A stretch of DNA of 64,000 nt from Candidatus Poribacteria bacterium (GCA_963663765.2 CAXXUA010000004.1:224001-288000), one strand, 5' to 3'. Shown: positions 50,854 to 62,413, numbered from the stretch's first letter. Notes: generated from the letters alone by a model not told the origin. A program made the numbers and translations.

Positions 50854-52194
50854 TTATTCTTCAACGTCCGGTTCCAACGCCTTCAGCACCGACTCTGCAA
50901 ATGACTTCTCATAGTTGGCAGTGACTAACTCTCTTGCAAGCTGCTGTCGCTGCTCTGGCGTTGCACCCTTTACCCCCGATACCACTTCTCGAACCTTAGA
51001 TACAACCGACTTTTGCAGCTGCGATGTCCGAAGTTTCAAGGCATCCCGATCTTCTTGTGTCGGAAAAAACTCATCAAACTCCGCAGTGGTCATATATTGA
51101 GAGACCACCACATCAAAGTATTTCTTATCTAAATCTACACGAAATGGACGAAATGAAGCATACACAGCAGACACAGATTTAACAGGATCAAGGGTGGTAA
51201 CAGTAGACTGTTGTGAAACTGCTACGTCTTCGGGTGCGTTTGACGAAGTATCTATATCCCTCGAAGGCGAAACAAGGGATTCTGATGGAACTGCAGGCTC
51301 AGCAAGTCCTGATTCTGCAGGCACAAAATTCTTTAACTCCGCAAGAAGTTTATCCGCTTCTGCCATCGCTTGCTGATACGGTTTCAGCCACTCTGGCGGG
51401 TTCTTCTCCCATTCCTCCATCTTTCGCTGAACGGTTTCCTGTATCTCAACTTCCAGGTTCTGTTCCCGGTTCTGTTCCCATTTGAGGTCTTCAATACGTT
51501 CATGGTAACCTGCCAAAAAGTCGCGCAAAGTATCTGCATACTCGGAATCTCCTTTCGCTTCAGCTTTTTGAATTCGTGCTTCCATTTCAGGAATCCCCGA
51601 CTCCCACTTTTGAATTTCCTTTGCGTAATACGCATCGGGGTCAATCCGTTTGAGCTCCTCATCTCTTTGCCCCTTTGCTGCAACTTTTTCTTCTATTTCA
51701 CGCATCGTTGACACATCTTCTTGTATAACATTAACCAGTTTAAGAGCTTTTTGTTCTTTCTCTTCTGGCGAGTAAAGATTATCTAAGATCCGATAATATT
51801 GAAGGAGAGACGCAAATATACCCTCAACACGAGCGTTTTCAGGATAAAAACCCATCAGGATTCTGACTATCTCCTTGTCACTTTTTTCTTTAATCGGAGC
51901 CAGTTTAGCGAGCATGTGTGCCATTTCCGACCTGTCTGATGCAGTAATAGGTTCTGAACGACCGATTGACAAGTCTACGTCTATATTCTCATGTGTTTCA
52001 AGCAAGAGTTTTGCTTCCATGATCGCTGCTTCTGTTGGCATGTTTTCCTCCTGTTCTGGATTCGCTGTGCTTGGCGTGGAGACATCGGGATCTGGATTGT
52101 GTTGATACAATAACCAACCAAACACACCCAGCATCAATAACAGAATAACAATGGCACCTCTGATAATTTTCTGTCTTATATTCTCATTCCTCAT
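50854..52194 (-). CDS. Membrane-anchored helical hypothetical protein
   Basis: 446 aa ORF, GAGGAGG RBS, single N-terminal TM helix. Confidence 0.85.
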   Translation of the reverse strand: MRNENIRQKIIRGAIVILLLMLGVFGWLLYQHNPDPDVSTPSTANPEQEENMPTEAAIMEAKLLLETHENIDVDLSIGRSEPITASDRSEMAHMLAKLAPIKEKSDKEIVRILMGFYPENARVEGIFASLLQYYRILDNLYSPEEKEQKALKLVNVIQEDVSTMREIEEKVAAKGQRDEELKRIDPDAYYAKEIQKWESGIPEMEARIQKAEAKGDSEYADTLRDFLAGYHERIEDLKWEQNREQNLEVEIQETVQRKMEEWEKNPPEWLKPYQQAMAEADKLLAELKNFVPAESGLAEPAVPSESLVSPSRDIDTSSNAPEDVAVSQQSTVTTLDPVKSVSAVYASFRPFRVDLDKKYFDVVVSQYMTTAEFDEFFPTQEDRDALKLRTSQLQKSVVSKVREVVSGVKGATPEQRQQLARELVTANYEKSFAESVLKALEPDVEE

Positions 52195-53095
52195 GGTTTA
52201 ATACCTCCTCAATTGCTCTTTTCAGTTCAGGGCTATTGTCAAGAATTCGTTGCTATGCTTCAGGTACCAGTTCACGAATCTCCTCAATTTTACTCTTAGC
52301 AGCAGTGATTTTATCCTCGGTTACCAGTTGTCGTGCTTCTTCTAAAGCACGTTCTATCCGCTTTGCATCGAGTTCTAAGATTTTGGCTTTATGATCTTTA
52401 GTGAGTTTTCTGGCTATAGCTAACTGCTCATTCGCCCACCTGTTCCAATTATCACGATTAATTTGGGCAAAGCTAACGGTTCTCATTGCATCGCCTTCCT
52501 CAGACTTTCTAACTTTCACCGCTTCTTCTGCAGTGGTAATCGCATTTAAAGCTTCCGCAGTTTTGCTTTCCCACTGTTGCCATTCGCTATGCAGACGTGA
52601 ACCTTCACTGCAAAGAAAATCCTCATCACACCAATCACAATAATGCACATGATTGTTATACGCATTATTTTTCAATTGCGTATCCTCTTTTGTAGTCTGA
52701 TGCTTCGACTTTGCTATGCTTACTGCTGTTTTCGCATCAGTGACGGCTTGTGTTGCAGCAGTCAACGCATCCTCTGCAGTCTCAAGCGCGGTTTCAGCTG
52801 TTATTAATTTAGTATTCCATTCCCAAAAGATATCCCAAGCACTCCTTCTTTGATTATACAGTTTGCTAACTTCTTTTTCAAGAGCCTTGATTTGTTCATC
52901 AAGGTCTTTTATCATATCATCAATCAGGTAGTAGAGTGTTATTGCCGTTGACGCTACACCAACAATAGTCCAAAGCAGCTTACCAGTTATAGCTACGGTT
53001 GCAATAATGGGAACGGGAGCTGGAGCGTACAGGGGAAAAATGATACATAATAAACTGACATTTATCACAAGGTTGTTTATACTGCTAACAATCAA
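52184..53095 (-). pseudogene. Coiled-coil protein with hydrophobic N-terminus and H..YC..C....C motif; probable premature stop
   Basis: TAG at 52253 is followed in frame by QRILDNSPELKRAIEEVLNHEE-stop overlapping the next start; 5' end lacks a clean start. Confidence 0.55.
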
Positions 53096-53284
53096 TATAT
53101 AGAAGGGATAGTGTTATGAAAATGCGATTTGATTTTATAGATTTATCTTGACTTTTAGCACATGAGATATCATCCTAATTTAAAAAACTTATGACATATT
53201 CATAAAATAGGTGGCTATCTCATGCAAAATCATATTATCACTTCTGTAAAGTTTTTTCAAACACTTCTCTACTCTAATTTTTAT

Positions 53285-54230
53285 GGGTGTGTAAAGTTTT
53301 TGCACCATAGGCGTCAATTTAAGGCAGCTAATCCTCGCACACATCGTAGGGGCGAGGTCTCCTCGCACACATCGTAGGGGCGAGGTCTCCTCGCACACAT
53401 CGTAGGGGCGAGGTCTCCCTCGCACACATCGTAGGGGCGAGGTCTCCTCGCCCGTGTAAACGAACTTCCAATCGGGCGGGGAAACCCCGCCCCTACAATA
53501 AAGGTGCCATCTGAAGGAATTAGAACATCCAAGGTTTCACTTACACAAGAATAGAGAACTTCTTACTTAAACAGGACTTACGCAGTTTTCACGATCCAAT
53601 CAAGAATTAAGACGAAAACGATGTAATTTACAGCATTTTTTAGGGTTCCGGCGCGCTTACAAAGCACGCCTACCGTTGGGTGCGTAAGTCCTGTTAAATT
53701 GACGCCTATGGGTGTGTAAAGTTTTTGCACAAACATCCCACTCTCCATTGTAGGTCAGGTCTCTGTGCACCGCGGCAACTGATTAAATGAGAGATTGCGG
53801 ACACAGAGTCCTAATGAGTTTTGACGTTCAAGTTGTGTATTCGTAGGGGTGTGGTTTCCACACATGAATCTACGCAAACTCAAAAACCAAACGGGTTGGG
53901 GAACCCAACCCCTACGAATTCAACTACCAATTTTGATTGTCAAACTTCATTAGGTGTCAATATAAAGAAATATTGTTAATATTAACCATATTCTTCAGTC
54001 CTGTAGGGACGATATGTTTATAGAAATACATATCCCCACGTCTTTTTAGTCCCGACAAATGCCATACGCGCATTTGGCGTTGATTTGGTAGAGACGATAT
54101 GTTTATCCTTCTATGTCGTTCCTACGGAACTAAAGAGAGGGGATGTGATAACGTCTTCTATAAACATTGCGTCCCTACGGGACTAAAGAGAACAAAAGTT
54201 AGTACCTCTGTGCAAAAACTTTACACACCC
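53285..54230. mobile_element. Nested elements: family B containing family C (53307-53709, ~20-bp duplication of the B end) containing family A (53572-53693, TSD TTAAA)
   Basis: All TIRs and duplications readable in sequence. Confidence 0.85.
53333..53452 (+). repeat. Four tandem ~28-bp units CCTCGCACACATCGTAGGGGCGAGGTCT
   Basis: Read directly. Confidence 0.85.
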
Positions 54231-54275
54231 TTTTTTATGGTAAAACGACCTAAATTGTGATATACTATTTATATC

Positions 54276-56081
54276 ATGTCTATAAAACTTCACCACATAC
54301 GTAATTTCTGTATATTAGGACACATAGACCACGGAAAAAGCACACTAAGTGATCGCCTTTTAGAGCATACAAACACTCTTGAAGAAAGAGATATGCGCGA
54401 ACAAGTTCTTGATCTGATGGATCTGGAGCGGGAACGTGGGATCACCATTAAAGCTACTGCAGTAAAACTACAATATCATTCTGAAGACGATATACATTAT
54501 GAGCTTAACTTAATTGATACACCAGGACATGTGGATTTTACCTACGAAGTTTCGCGGAGTCTTGCAGCTTGTGAAGGTGCAATACTAATCGTTGACGCAG
54601 CACAAGGTGTTGAAGCACAAACATTGGCAAATGCGTATCTTGCAATTAATAACGACCTTGAGATTATACCAGTAATAAATAAAATTGATCTTCCTGCTGC
54701 CCAACCCGATGAAGTCAAAAGACAAATAGAAGAGGTAATTGGTATACCAGCAGATGATGCGTTATTGGTGAGTGCAAAGACTGGAACAGGAATCCCTGCC
54801 ATTTTAGATGCAGTTGTAGATCGAATACCCCCACCTGAAGGACTCTCTGTTGCACCGTTGAAAGCACTTGTATTGGACTCTGTATACAACAACTATCGCG
54901 GTGTGATTATGTATACACGCATTTTTGATGGTTACGTTGCACCGGGTGACAAGATTCAATTGATGCAATCAAGAAGGTCTTATGAAGTTGAAGAAGTCGG
55001 AATTTTCACACCACAAATGCAACCAACGTCCGAACTAAAAACAGGTTCGGTGGGTTATCTCATCGCAGGTATTCGTGACATAGATAAGGCAAAGATCGGT
55101 GATACCATTACAAGTCATCTACATCCTACCGAATTACCACTCCCAGGCTATCAAGAAATAAAACCGCTTGTATTTAGTGGACTATATCCTGCGGATACAG
55201 ACCATTTCCATTCTCTTCGTGAAGCTCTGGAAAAACTTCGTCTAAATGATGCTTCATTTACCTTTGAACCTGAAACTTCTGTGGCACTTGGATTTGGCTT
55301 TCGGTGTGGGTTCTTAGGCCTACTGCACATGGAGATTATTCATGAAAGACTTGAACGAGAATTCAAACTGGCTCTTATTCGCACTGCTCCCAGTGTGAAA
55401 TATAGAGTGTATCTTAAATCAGGTGAAGAAGTGTTTGTTGAGAATCCAACACTTTTACCTGAAGTACAAGATATTGAACGAATTGAAGAACCGTATGTCA
55501 ATATTGATATAATAGTACCGCGTCAATATATAGGCAACGTAATGGAACTTAGTCAGAAACGACGGGGTGTGTATAAACGGATGAACCAATTGGATGTAAG
55601 TCGAGTTCAATTGCTATATGAGCTGCCACTGAGCGAAATGCTGATGGACTTTTATCCAAAACTGAAGTCTCTTACTCGCGGGTATGCTTCATTGGAATAT
55701 GATATTGGTGAATACAAAACAGAAAAACTTGTGAAGTTAGATGTACTTCTGCATGGAAAACCTGTTGACGCGTTATCTACCATTCTACCACGTGAAAATG
55801 CTGAGTCGCGTGGAAAGAATTTAGTTCATAAACTACGTGAATTGATACCAAGACAGATGTTTGAGATACCAATTCAAGCAGCGATAGGAAATAAGGTTGT
55901 CGCACGTGAGACTGTCAGAGCACTACGGAAAAACGTAACTGCAAAATGTTACGGTGGCGACATTACCAGAAAAAGAAAACTATTGGAACGACAAAAGGAA
56001 GGCAAAAAGAGACTCAAACAGATTGGTAGTGTAGATGTTCCACAAGAAGCATTCATGGCAATGCTGGAAACTGAAGAATAA
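54276..56081 (+). CDS. lepA: Elongation factor 4 (LepA)
   Basis: [43 protein letters not shown]. Confidence 0.98.
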   Translation: MSIKLHHIRNFCILGHIDHGKSTLSDRLLEHTNTLEERDMREQVLDLMDLERERGITIKATAVKLQYHSEDDIHYELNLIDTPGHVDFTYEVSRSLAACEGAILIVDAAQGVEAQTLANAYLAINNDLEIIPVINKIDLPAAQPDEVKRQIEEVIGIPADDALLVSAKTGTGIPAILDAVVDRIPPPEGLSVAPLKALVLDSVYNNYRGVIMYTRIFDGYVAPGDKIQLMQSRRSYEVEEVGIFTPQMQPTSELKTGSVGYLIAGIRDIDKAKIGDTITSHLHPTELPLPGYQEIKPLVFSGLYPADTDHFHSLREALEKLRLNDASFTFEPETSVALGFGFRCGFLGLLHMEIIHERLEREFKLALIRTAPSVKYRVYLKSGEEVFVENPTLLPEVQDIERIEEPYVNIDIIVPRQYIGNVMELSQKRRGVYKRMNQLDVSRVQLLYELPLSEMLMDFYPKLKSLTRGYASLEYDIGEYKTEKLVKLDVLLHGKPVDALSTILPRENAESRGKNLVHKLRELIPRQMFEIPIQAAIGNKVVARETVRALRKNVTAKCYGGDITRKRKLLERQKEGKKRLKQIGSVDVPQEAFMAMLETEE

Positions 56082-56128
56082 TAATAGATAGAAAGAAATA
56101 AAATTTGTCTAAACGCAAGAGATATACC

Positions 56129-57502
56129 ATGCTTCTGATTAGAAAATCCATCAAATTATTTACGTTTATTCTATTATTGTCTTTATTGTGTCCGCTTACT
56201 TATGCAGCAACAATTAATGTTCCAGCAGATCAACCTACAATTCAAGCCGGTATTAATATAGCACAAAATGGTGACACTGTTTTAGTAGATGATGGCATCT
56301 ATAAAGGTGAAGGAAATGTAAATATAGATTTTAAAGGAAAACGTATTACCGTTAAATCTCGTAATGGTGCTGTAGAAACGATTATTGTCTGTGAGGAGAA
56401 AACTGGTACAGTAGGATTTAATTTCAATAATAATGAAAAAGATACATCTGTATTAGAAGGATTTACAATCAGAAATGGATTTCATGATATGGCTGGTGGA
56501 ATCTTGGTAGAATATTCATCCCCTACTATAAACAACTGCGTGATTGAAGGAAACACCGAAAAGACAGGAATAGGTATATGGTGCTATAATTCAGATCCTA
56601 TCATAACCGGCTGCATAGTAACACATAGCTCTTATGGAATACACACTTGGGGTGTTGAATACGAGAATTTAGTTAAATTAATAGAAGATGATTTACAACC
56701 CATTATCAAGGATTGTACTATATCTAACAACTCAGGCGTTGGCATATCCTGCTTGCAAGATGTTAATGTTTCAATAGAAAACTGTACTATAATTAATAAC
56801 GATAAAAGAGGTATTAAATTCATCTATTTTGCAAGTGGAGATATAACTAATTGTCATATAACCCAGAATTCTGGTGGAGGTTTAGAATGTGTAGAATATT
56901 CTCGTATGACAATTAAAGACTCAAGAATAGATCATAATACTGCAAAAAATGGTGGTGGAATATCCCGTGGTCCAACATCAAGATTGAATGTAACCAATAG
57001 TCTAATTGTTAATAATACAGCATTATATTATGGTGGTGGTATTGAGTCTATAGGAAAAACTGGGATTGTAGAGATTAAAAATTGCACAATTTCAAAAAAC
57101 ACAGCAGGTGTTAGAGGTGGTGGGGTTTTTGTTAGTTTATTTGGTAGTACATTTACTATAGCTAATTCAATAGTTTGGGGTAATTCTTCCAATGGTACGC
57201 ATGCGGAATTCTTCACTTCAGGTAGAGGTGTAACTATTCAATCATGTAATATTAAAGATGGATTAGATGGAATTGGTCAAAATCCTGATGAAGGGGATAT
57301 TATCTACGAAAACAACATAGATGAAAACCCATTGTTCGTTGATGAAGATTCTGGTAATTTTCGTCTTAAGGCTAATAGTCCAGCGGCGAATATGGGTGCT
57401 TATGTCCGTGAGGGTTCGTTAAGTGTTACTCCATCTGGAAAACGTATTGTTAAATGGGGTGACTTAAAACGTAAGTCACGCTCCTCATCATTCTTTAAAT
57501 AA
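56129..57502 (+). CDS. Secreted right-handed beta-helix (pectin lyase-like) protein
   Basis: ATINVPADQPTIQAGI, repeated N.A..GGG units, tail SVTPSGKRIVKWGDLK. Confidence 0.85.
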   Translation: MLLIRKSIKLFTFILLLSLLCPLTYAATINVPADQPTIQAGINIAQNGDTVLVDDGIYKGEGNVNIDFKGKRITVKSRNGAVETIIVCEEKTGTVGFNFNNNEKDTSVLEGFTIRNGFHDMAGGILVEYSSPTINNCVIEGNTEKTGIGIWCYNSDPIITGCIVTHSSYGIHTWGVEYENLVKLIEDDLQPIIKDCTISNNSGVGISCLQDVNVSIENCTIINNDKRGIKFIYFASGDITNCHITQNSGGGLECVEYSRMTIKDSRIDHNTAKNGGGISRGPTSRLNVTNSLIVNNTALYYGGGIESIGKTGIVEIKNCTISKNTAGVRGGGVFVSLFGSTFTIANSIVWGNSSNGTHAEFFTSGRGVTIQSCNIKDGLDGIGQNPDEGDIIYENNIDENPLFVDEDSGNFRLKANSPAANMGAYVREGSLSVTPSGKRIVKWGDLKRKSRSSSFFK

Positions 57503-57503
57503 A

Positions 57504-57668
57504 CAGGACTTACGTACCGAACGGTAGGCGTGCTTTGTAGGCGGGGAATGCCAAAAGGCATTCATACCGTTGATTTCTTGATTTGGCGCTGGAAACCGAA
57601 AAAATGCTGAAAATTACATCATTTTCGTCGTAATTCTTGATTAAAACATGAAAACTGCGTAAGTCCTG
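57504..57668. mobile_element. MITE family A, reverse orientation, with micro-insert
   Basis: TIRs present; flanks do not form a clean TSD. Confidence 0.8.
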
Positions 57669-57714
57669 AATAGAGTAAGGTAGTAATTAGTCTGTTTGTA
57701 AAAAAGGAAACATC

Positions 57715-59091
57715 GTGCAGAGCAAAGTTTATATCAGCTTAACACTCATTACTTGTTTCTCTATTTCTTGTCAACTAACTTTTGCAGCAACAATTAATGT
57801 TCCAGTAGATCAACCTACAATTCAAGCGGGTATTGACTTTGCAAATAGTGGTGATACTGTTTTAGTAGATGATGGCATCTATAAAGGTAAAGGAAACATA
57901 AATATAGATTTTATGGGTAAAAGTATAACCGTAAAATCTCGCAATGGTGCTGAAACAACAATTGTTGACTGTGAGAATAGGTTTTTAACCAGAGGCTTTA
58001 TCTTCAAAAACAACGAAACTGAAACTTCTGTATTAGATGGATTCACAATAAAAAATGGGATGCATGAAATTGGTGGAGGTATATACTGTGTTTTAGCGTC
58101 ACCCACGATAAAAAAATGTATCATTTCACATAACCATGCAACTTCAACTGTGGAAGATGTTGGAGGTGGCGGTGGAATGTATTTTAAACAATCATCTGCG
58201 AAGTTAATTGACTGTCAAATCTCTCATAATATTGCGGATTCTACACGTGGGAGCGGCATCCTTTTTGACACGATGGTTTTAGAAACAGAACAAGAAATCA
58301 TTATCTTTGAACCTGTAATCGCAACTAAATGCATTATTTCAGATAACACTGGTATTGGTGTTTTTTCCTATAGATCTGCTCCGATATTACGAGACTGCAC
58401 AGTATCAAAAAACAGTGGACGAGGTATTTTATGCGATCATATCTCACGCGGTGTTATGGTTGATAATTGTCTAATTGAACAAAACAATGGTGGTATTGAA
58501 TGTATACGAAGTTCATTGATGGTTATCAATAATTGTTTCATAAAACAAAATAATGCTTATATCGGTGGTGGAATTCTATGTTCACCTTCATCTGAAGTAA
58601 ACGTTGTAGGTTGTATAATATATGAGAACACAGCAGATGTAGATGGTGGTGGAATTTATATTGACTCAAGACAAGGAAGTGCATTGATTAAGTTTTGTAC
58701 TATTGTTAACAATTACGCAGCTGATAGAGGAGGGGGTGTTTTTTCAATTACTTTCACTTCTATTTTTACATTAACTGATTCAATTATTTGGGGTAACGAA
58801 TCTGGTAATACCCAATCTCAAGTCCGAATTACATCCAAAGGAACAGTAAGAAATTGTGATATACAAGGTGGTATTGACGAAATTGACTTGGAATCTGATG
58901 GAAAGCATTTTATCTATGAAGACAACATTGATGCGGATCCTATGTTCTTCAATATAGACTCTGGCAATTTTCGGTTAAAGGTAAATAGTCCGGCTTCAAA
59001 AATGGGTGCTTATGCACCACGTGAGGGTTCATTAAACATCAATCTCACTGGCAAACGGATAGTTAGATGGGCTGACTTGAAACGTAAATGA
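57715..59091 (+). CDS. Secreted right-handed beta-helix protein, tandem paralogue
   Basis: Near-identical mature N-terminus; tail NLTGKRIVRWADLK. Confidence 0.85.
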   Translation: MQSKVYISLTLITCFSISCQLTFAATINVPVDQPTIQAGIDFANSGDTVLVDDGIYKGKGNINIDFMGKSITVKSRNGAETTIVDCENRFLTRGFIFKNNETETSVLDGFTIKNGMHEIGGGIYCVLASPTIKKCIISHNHATSTVEDVGGGGGMYFKQSSAKLIDCQISHNIADSTRGSGILFDTMVLETEQEIIIFEPVIATKCIISDNTGIGVFSYRSAPILRDCTVSKNSGRGILCDHISRGVMVDNCLIEQNNGGIECIRSSLMVINNCFIKQNNAYIGGGILCSPSSEVNVVGCIIYENTADVDGGGIYIDSRQGSALIKFCTIVNNYAADRGGGVFSITFTSIFTLTDSIIWGNESGNTQSQVRITSKGTVRNCDIQGGIDEIDLESDGKHFIYEDNIDADPMFFNIDSGNFRLKVNSPASKMGAYAPREGSLNINLTGKRIVRWADLKRK

Positions 59092-59191
59092 GCCTTCTTT
59101 GCTGACAACAGTACCAAGAAACTGAAAATATATAATAATCAATCAATAAGAAAAAATACTACTGACAATAAGACATTGTTTTAGATTAAAT

Positions 59192-59313
59192 CAGGACTTA
59201 CGCAGTTTTCATGATTTGATGAAGAATTATGACGAAAATGGTGTAATTTTCAGCATTTTTTCGGTTTCCGGCGCGCTTACAAAGCACGCCTACCGTTGGG
59301 TGCGTAAGTCCTG
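59192..59313. mobile_element. MITE family A, basic copy, TSD TAAAT
   Basis: TIRs and direct repeat. Confidence 0.9.
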
Positions 59314-59328
59314 TAAATAATAAATAAT

Positions 59329-59483
59329 ACCAATTCAAATAAATCTTGTCTCATTAAGGAATTCTACTGTTTACTGGCAGGGGGTTACTCTCTTCGGTAG
59401 GAGCGACCTCACGGTCGCGACCGGTAGGTCGCTCCTACCAGATTTCCGCTGCTAATGAGACATTATCACATGAAAATGGTATA
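59329..59483. mobile_element. MITE-like element, reverse copy of 16170-16324
   Basis: Direct comparison. Confidence 0.75.
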
Positions 59484-59524
59484 ATAAGAAAGGACTTCCG
59501 CATCGTTACGGATTACTATTTATC

Positions 59525-60322
59525 ATGAGTACTGAAGTACAATTATCAAAATGGCAGAAATTCAGAAATACAGTTGTCTGGGAATACACCCAAGTTATTG
59601 TCGTTGCTCTTATTCTTGTTTTCGGATTCATTCGTCCCTTTGTAGTTGAAGCATTTAAGATACCTTCCGGATCTATGAAGGATACACTCCTAATCGGTGA
59701 CCGTATACTTGTCTGTAAATTCATATACGGATTCAAAATACCAGGAACTGATATAAAAATATTTGATTTTCATAAACCTGCACGCGGTGATGTTTTTGTG
59801 TTCATTCCCCCGCATGAAACAAACCGAAACTTCATCAAACGTATTGTTGCTATTGAAGGAGATACAGTACATACAGAAGACAATATTCTTTATGTAAATG
59901 GAATAGCAGTTAAAGATAGTGAATATGCAAAGTATACTGCTAACCATTTAGTCAGACGGAATAATTTTCCACCGTTCCGAAAAATGGAAAAATATATGCG
60001 AGGTAATGATTTCTACAGTGATTACACATTGACCGAAACTCAATTCAAACGTAAATTTCCTGAGGGCAAACCTTTTGTTGTACCAAAAGGCTATGTTTTT
60101 GCAATGGGAGATAATAGAGACCAAAGCAGCGATAGTCGCACTTGGGGACCTGTCCCTGTTGATAGCATCAAAGGACAAGCATTTATGGTATATTGGTCAT
60201 TCCGAGATTTAACAGACGAAAAATTTCATAATGCAAAAATATGGGAATTCTGGAAAATGATTGGTAATATAAGGTTCAATCGTATCGGAAAACTGATCCA
60301 TACATACCCCGGAATCGAATAA
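59525..60322 (+). CDS. lepB: Signal peptidase I
   Basis: IPSGSM..TL.IGD, FIKRIV, MGDNRDQSSDSR.WG. Confidence 0.95.
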   Translation: MSTEVQLSKWQKFRNTVVWEYTQVIVVALILVFGFIRPFVVEAFKIPSGSMKDTLLIGDRILVCKFIYGFKIPGTDIKIFDFHKPARGDVFVFIPPHETNRNFIKRIVAIEGDTVHTEDNILYVNGIAVKDSEYAKYTANHLVRRNNFPPFRKMEKYMRGNDFYSDYTLTETQFKRKFPEGKPFVVPKGYVFAMGDNRDQSSDSRTWGPVPVDSIKGQAFMVYWSFRDLTDEKFHNAKIWEFWKMIGNIRFNRIGKLIHTYPGIE

Positions 60323-62256
60323 TGTTTCAAGATAGACGAAATCTTATCATCGGTACTGCTGGACATGTTGATCACGGAAAAACTGCTCTGGTTGGTACTT
60401 TGACAGGTATTGAGACTGATAGACTCAAAGAGGAACGCGAACGCGGTCTGTCCATTGAACTGGGTTTTGCCTATTTTGACCTACCTGACAACTCACGTGC
60501 AGGTATAGTCGATGTGCCTGGACACGAAAAATTCATTCGCAACATGCTTTCTGGTGCTTATGGAATGGACATAGTCCTTTTCGTTGTGGATGCAAAAGAG
60601 GGGGTACAGGAACAGACACTTGAACACTTAGCAATTTTAGATTTACTGAGTATCTCAAACGGCATTCTCGTCATGACAAAGTCTGATTTAGCAACACCAG
60701 ACGAATTGCAGGAAGCAACCGAAATGACACAGGAAATACTTGTCGGTACTTCACTTGAGGGAATTCCTTCAGTTAGTGTTTCATCTATCACAGGGGACGG
60801 TATTGAAAAATTAAAACGGATGATAGTTGAACAAGTAAACATTGCCACAGATAAACAAATAATTGATGGGATACCTCGTCTATATGTTGATAGGGTTTTC
60901 TCAATACAAGGTTTTGGCGCGGTTGTAACTGGTACACTCATTGGAGGAACAGTCAATAAAGACCAGAGAATGGTTATTTTACCACAAGGAGACATCGTTC
61001 GCGTACGTGGTATCCAAGTACATAATGAACCTGCAAATGTCGCACAAGCTGGACAAAGAACAGCCCTAAACCTATCAGGTATTACTGCACAAAAAATACA
61101 ACGCGGGGATGTCCTATGTCCTATAGAGTATTTGAAAGTAACAGAGAACATTGATGTTTCGTTAAACGTGTTGTCCTCATTTCCAAGAATGCTTGAACAT
61201 TGGGGACGTTTCAGACTATATCTTGGTACACGAGAACTATTCTGCAGATTAATTCTATTGATTGATGAAGCAATACTACCCGGTGACGCCGTTCAAGTTC
61301 AACTGCGGTTGGAACACCCGATACTCACTTTCAGAGGTGATAGGATCATTATACGTGATTTTTCTGCTCAACACACTGTCGGGGGCGGTCAGGTAATTAA
61401 TCCTTTTGCTCCGAAACACAAACGTTTCACTCAAGATACAATAAACACTTTAGCAAAATGGGAAGAAGCAGACAACACACAAGTAGTAAATGCCGTCTTG
61501 GAAAATAGTCAGACTCTGTGTGTTGAAGAATCATTGCTTTTTTACTATATACCTTATTCTCAATCCGAAATAAATACCATTTTGAATTCATTAGAATCTG
61601 AAGAAAAAATCATCCGATGGGATAAAACTGGAAGAAATCCACTTGTTTCTGATGCTGCACGAACAAACCGTGTAATAGAAAAATTTCTAATCACATTGTC
61701 TAAATTTCATGAAACACATCCATTGCAAGTAGGTCAAAACGCTTCACAAATCTGCAGAGAACTCAAACTTGATGAGGTAGCTTTTGAGAAAATCACAAAT
61801 CAACTTATTCGGTCAAAGAAAATAGCTAAACATGGAAACCTGCTTAGGTTAGAATCTCATGAGATCCAGTTTTCTGAAGAGGAGTCATCTGCTAAAGAAA
61901 CACTTGAACAACTTTATTTAAATGCTGACATCAATACACCCGCACTAAAAGAATTGAACGCATTATTACCTGATTTTACACCACAACAGATTGAATCAAC
62001 TTTTTATGCTTTGTTAAATCTCGGTATGTTTATAAAAGCAGCGGATAATTTCTATCTTCACAAGGATGTTTATGAAAAGAAAAAAGAACTATTAACTAAT
62101 TTTCTACGAAAAAACGGTACGATCACAGTTGCAGAATTTCGTGAATTGGCACAGACATCTCGGAAATATGCTGTACCATTCCTTGAGTATTGTGATACAC
62201 AAAATGTTACAGTCCGTGATGGAAATGTACGGAGATTGTCAACAAAATATAGTTAA
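60322..62256 (+). CDS. selB: Selenocysteine-specific elongation factor
   Basis: GTAGHVDHGKT, DVPGHEKF, C-terminal SRKYAVPFLEY.D; adjacent tRNA-Sec. Confidence 0.96.
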   Translation: MFQDRRNLIIGTAGHVDHGKTALVGTLTGIETDRLKEERERGLSIELGFAYFDLPDNSRAGIVDVPGHEKFIRNMLSGAYGMDIVLFVVDAKEGVQEQTLEHLAILDLLSISNGILVMTKSDLATPDELQEATEMTQEILVGTSLEGIPSVSVSSITGDGIEKLKRMIVEQVNIATDKQIIDGIPRLYVDRVFSIQGFGAVVTGTLIGGTVNKDQRMVILPQGDIVRVRGIQVHNEPANVAQAGQRTALNLSGITAQKIQRGDVLCPIEYLKVTENIDVSLNVLSSFPRMLEHWGRFRLYLGTRELFCRLILLIDEAILPGDAVQVQLRLEHPILTFRGDRIIIRDFSAQHTVGGGQVINPFAPKHKRFTQDTINTLAKWEEADNTQVVNAVLENSQTLCVEESLLFYYIPYSQSEINTILNSLESEEKIIRWDKTGRNPLVSDAARTNRVIEKFLITLSKFHETHPLQVGQNASQICRELKLDEVAFEKITNQLIRSKKIAKHGNLLRLESHEIQFSEEESSAKETLEQLYLNADINTPALKELNALLPDFTPQQIESTFYALLNLGMFIKAADNFYLHKDVYEKKKELLTNFLRKNGTITVAEFRELAQTSRKYAVPFLEYCDTQNVTVRDGNVRRLSTKYS

Positions 62257-62291
62257 CTCTCAATGATAAGATAATATCCATAACTGACAAT

Positions 62292-62385
62292 GGGGGAGGA
62301 TAGGGTCTGGTGTCCCTACCGGTCTTCAAAACCGGCTTGTCCATGCAAGTGGATAGGTGGGTTCGATTCCCACCCTCTCCCGCCA
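62292..62385 (+). tRNA. selC: tRNA-Sec (anticodon UCA)
   Basis: 8-bp acceptor stem, CCGGT-CTTCAAA-ACCGG anticodon arm, long variable arm, GTTCGATTCC, 3' GCCA. Confidence 0.95.
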
Positions 62386-62413
62386 TTCAAACTATCTACC
62401 AATTACAATACAA

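Noticed and set aside
62357-62413. N-terminal extension of LipA in the ORF track
   Set aside because: Overlaps tRNA-Sec; the ATG at 62414 is the plausible start
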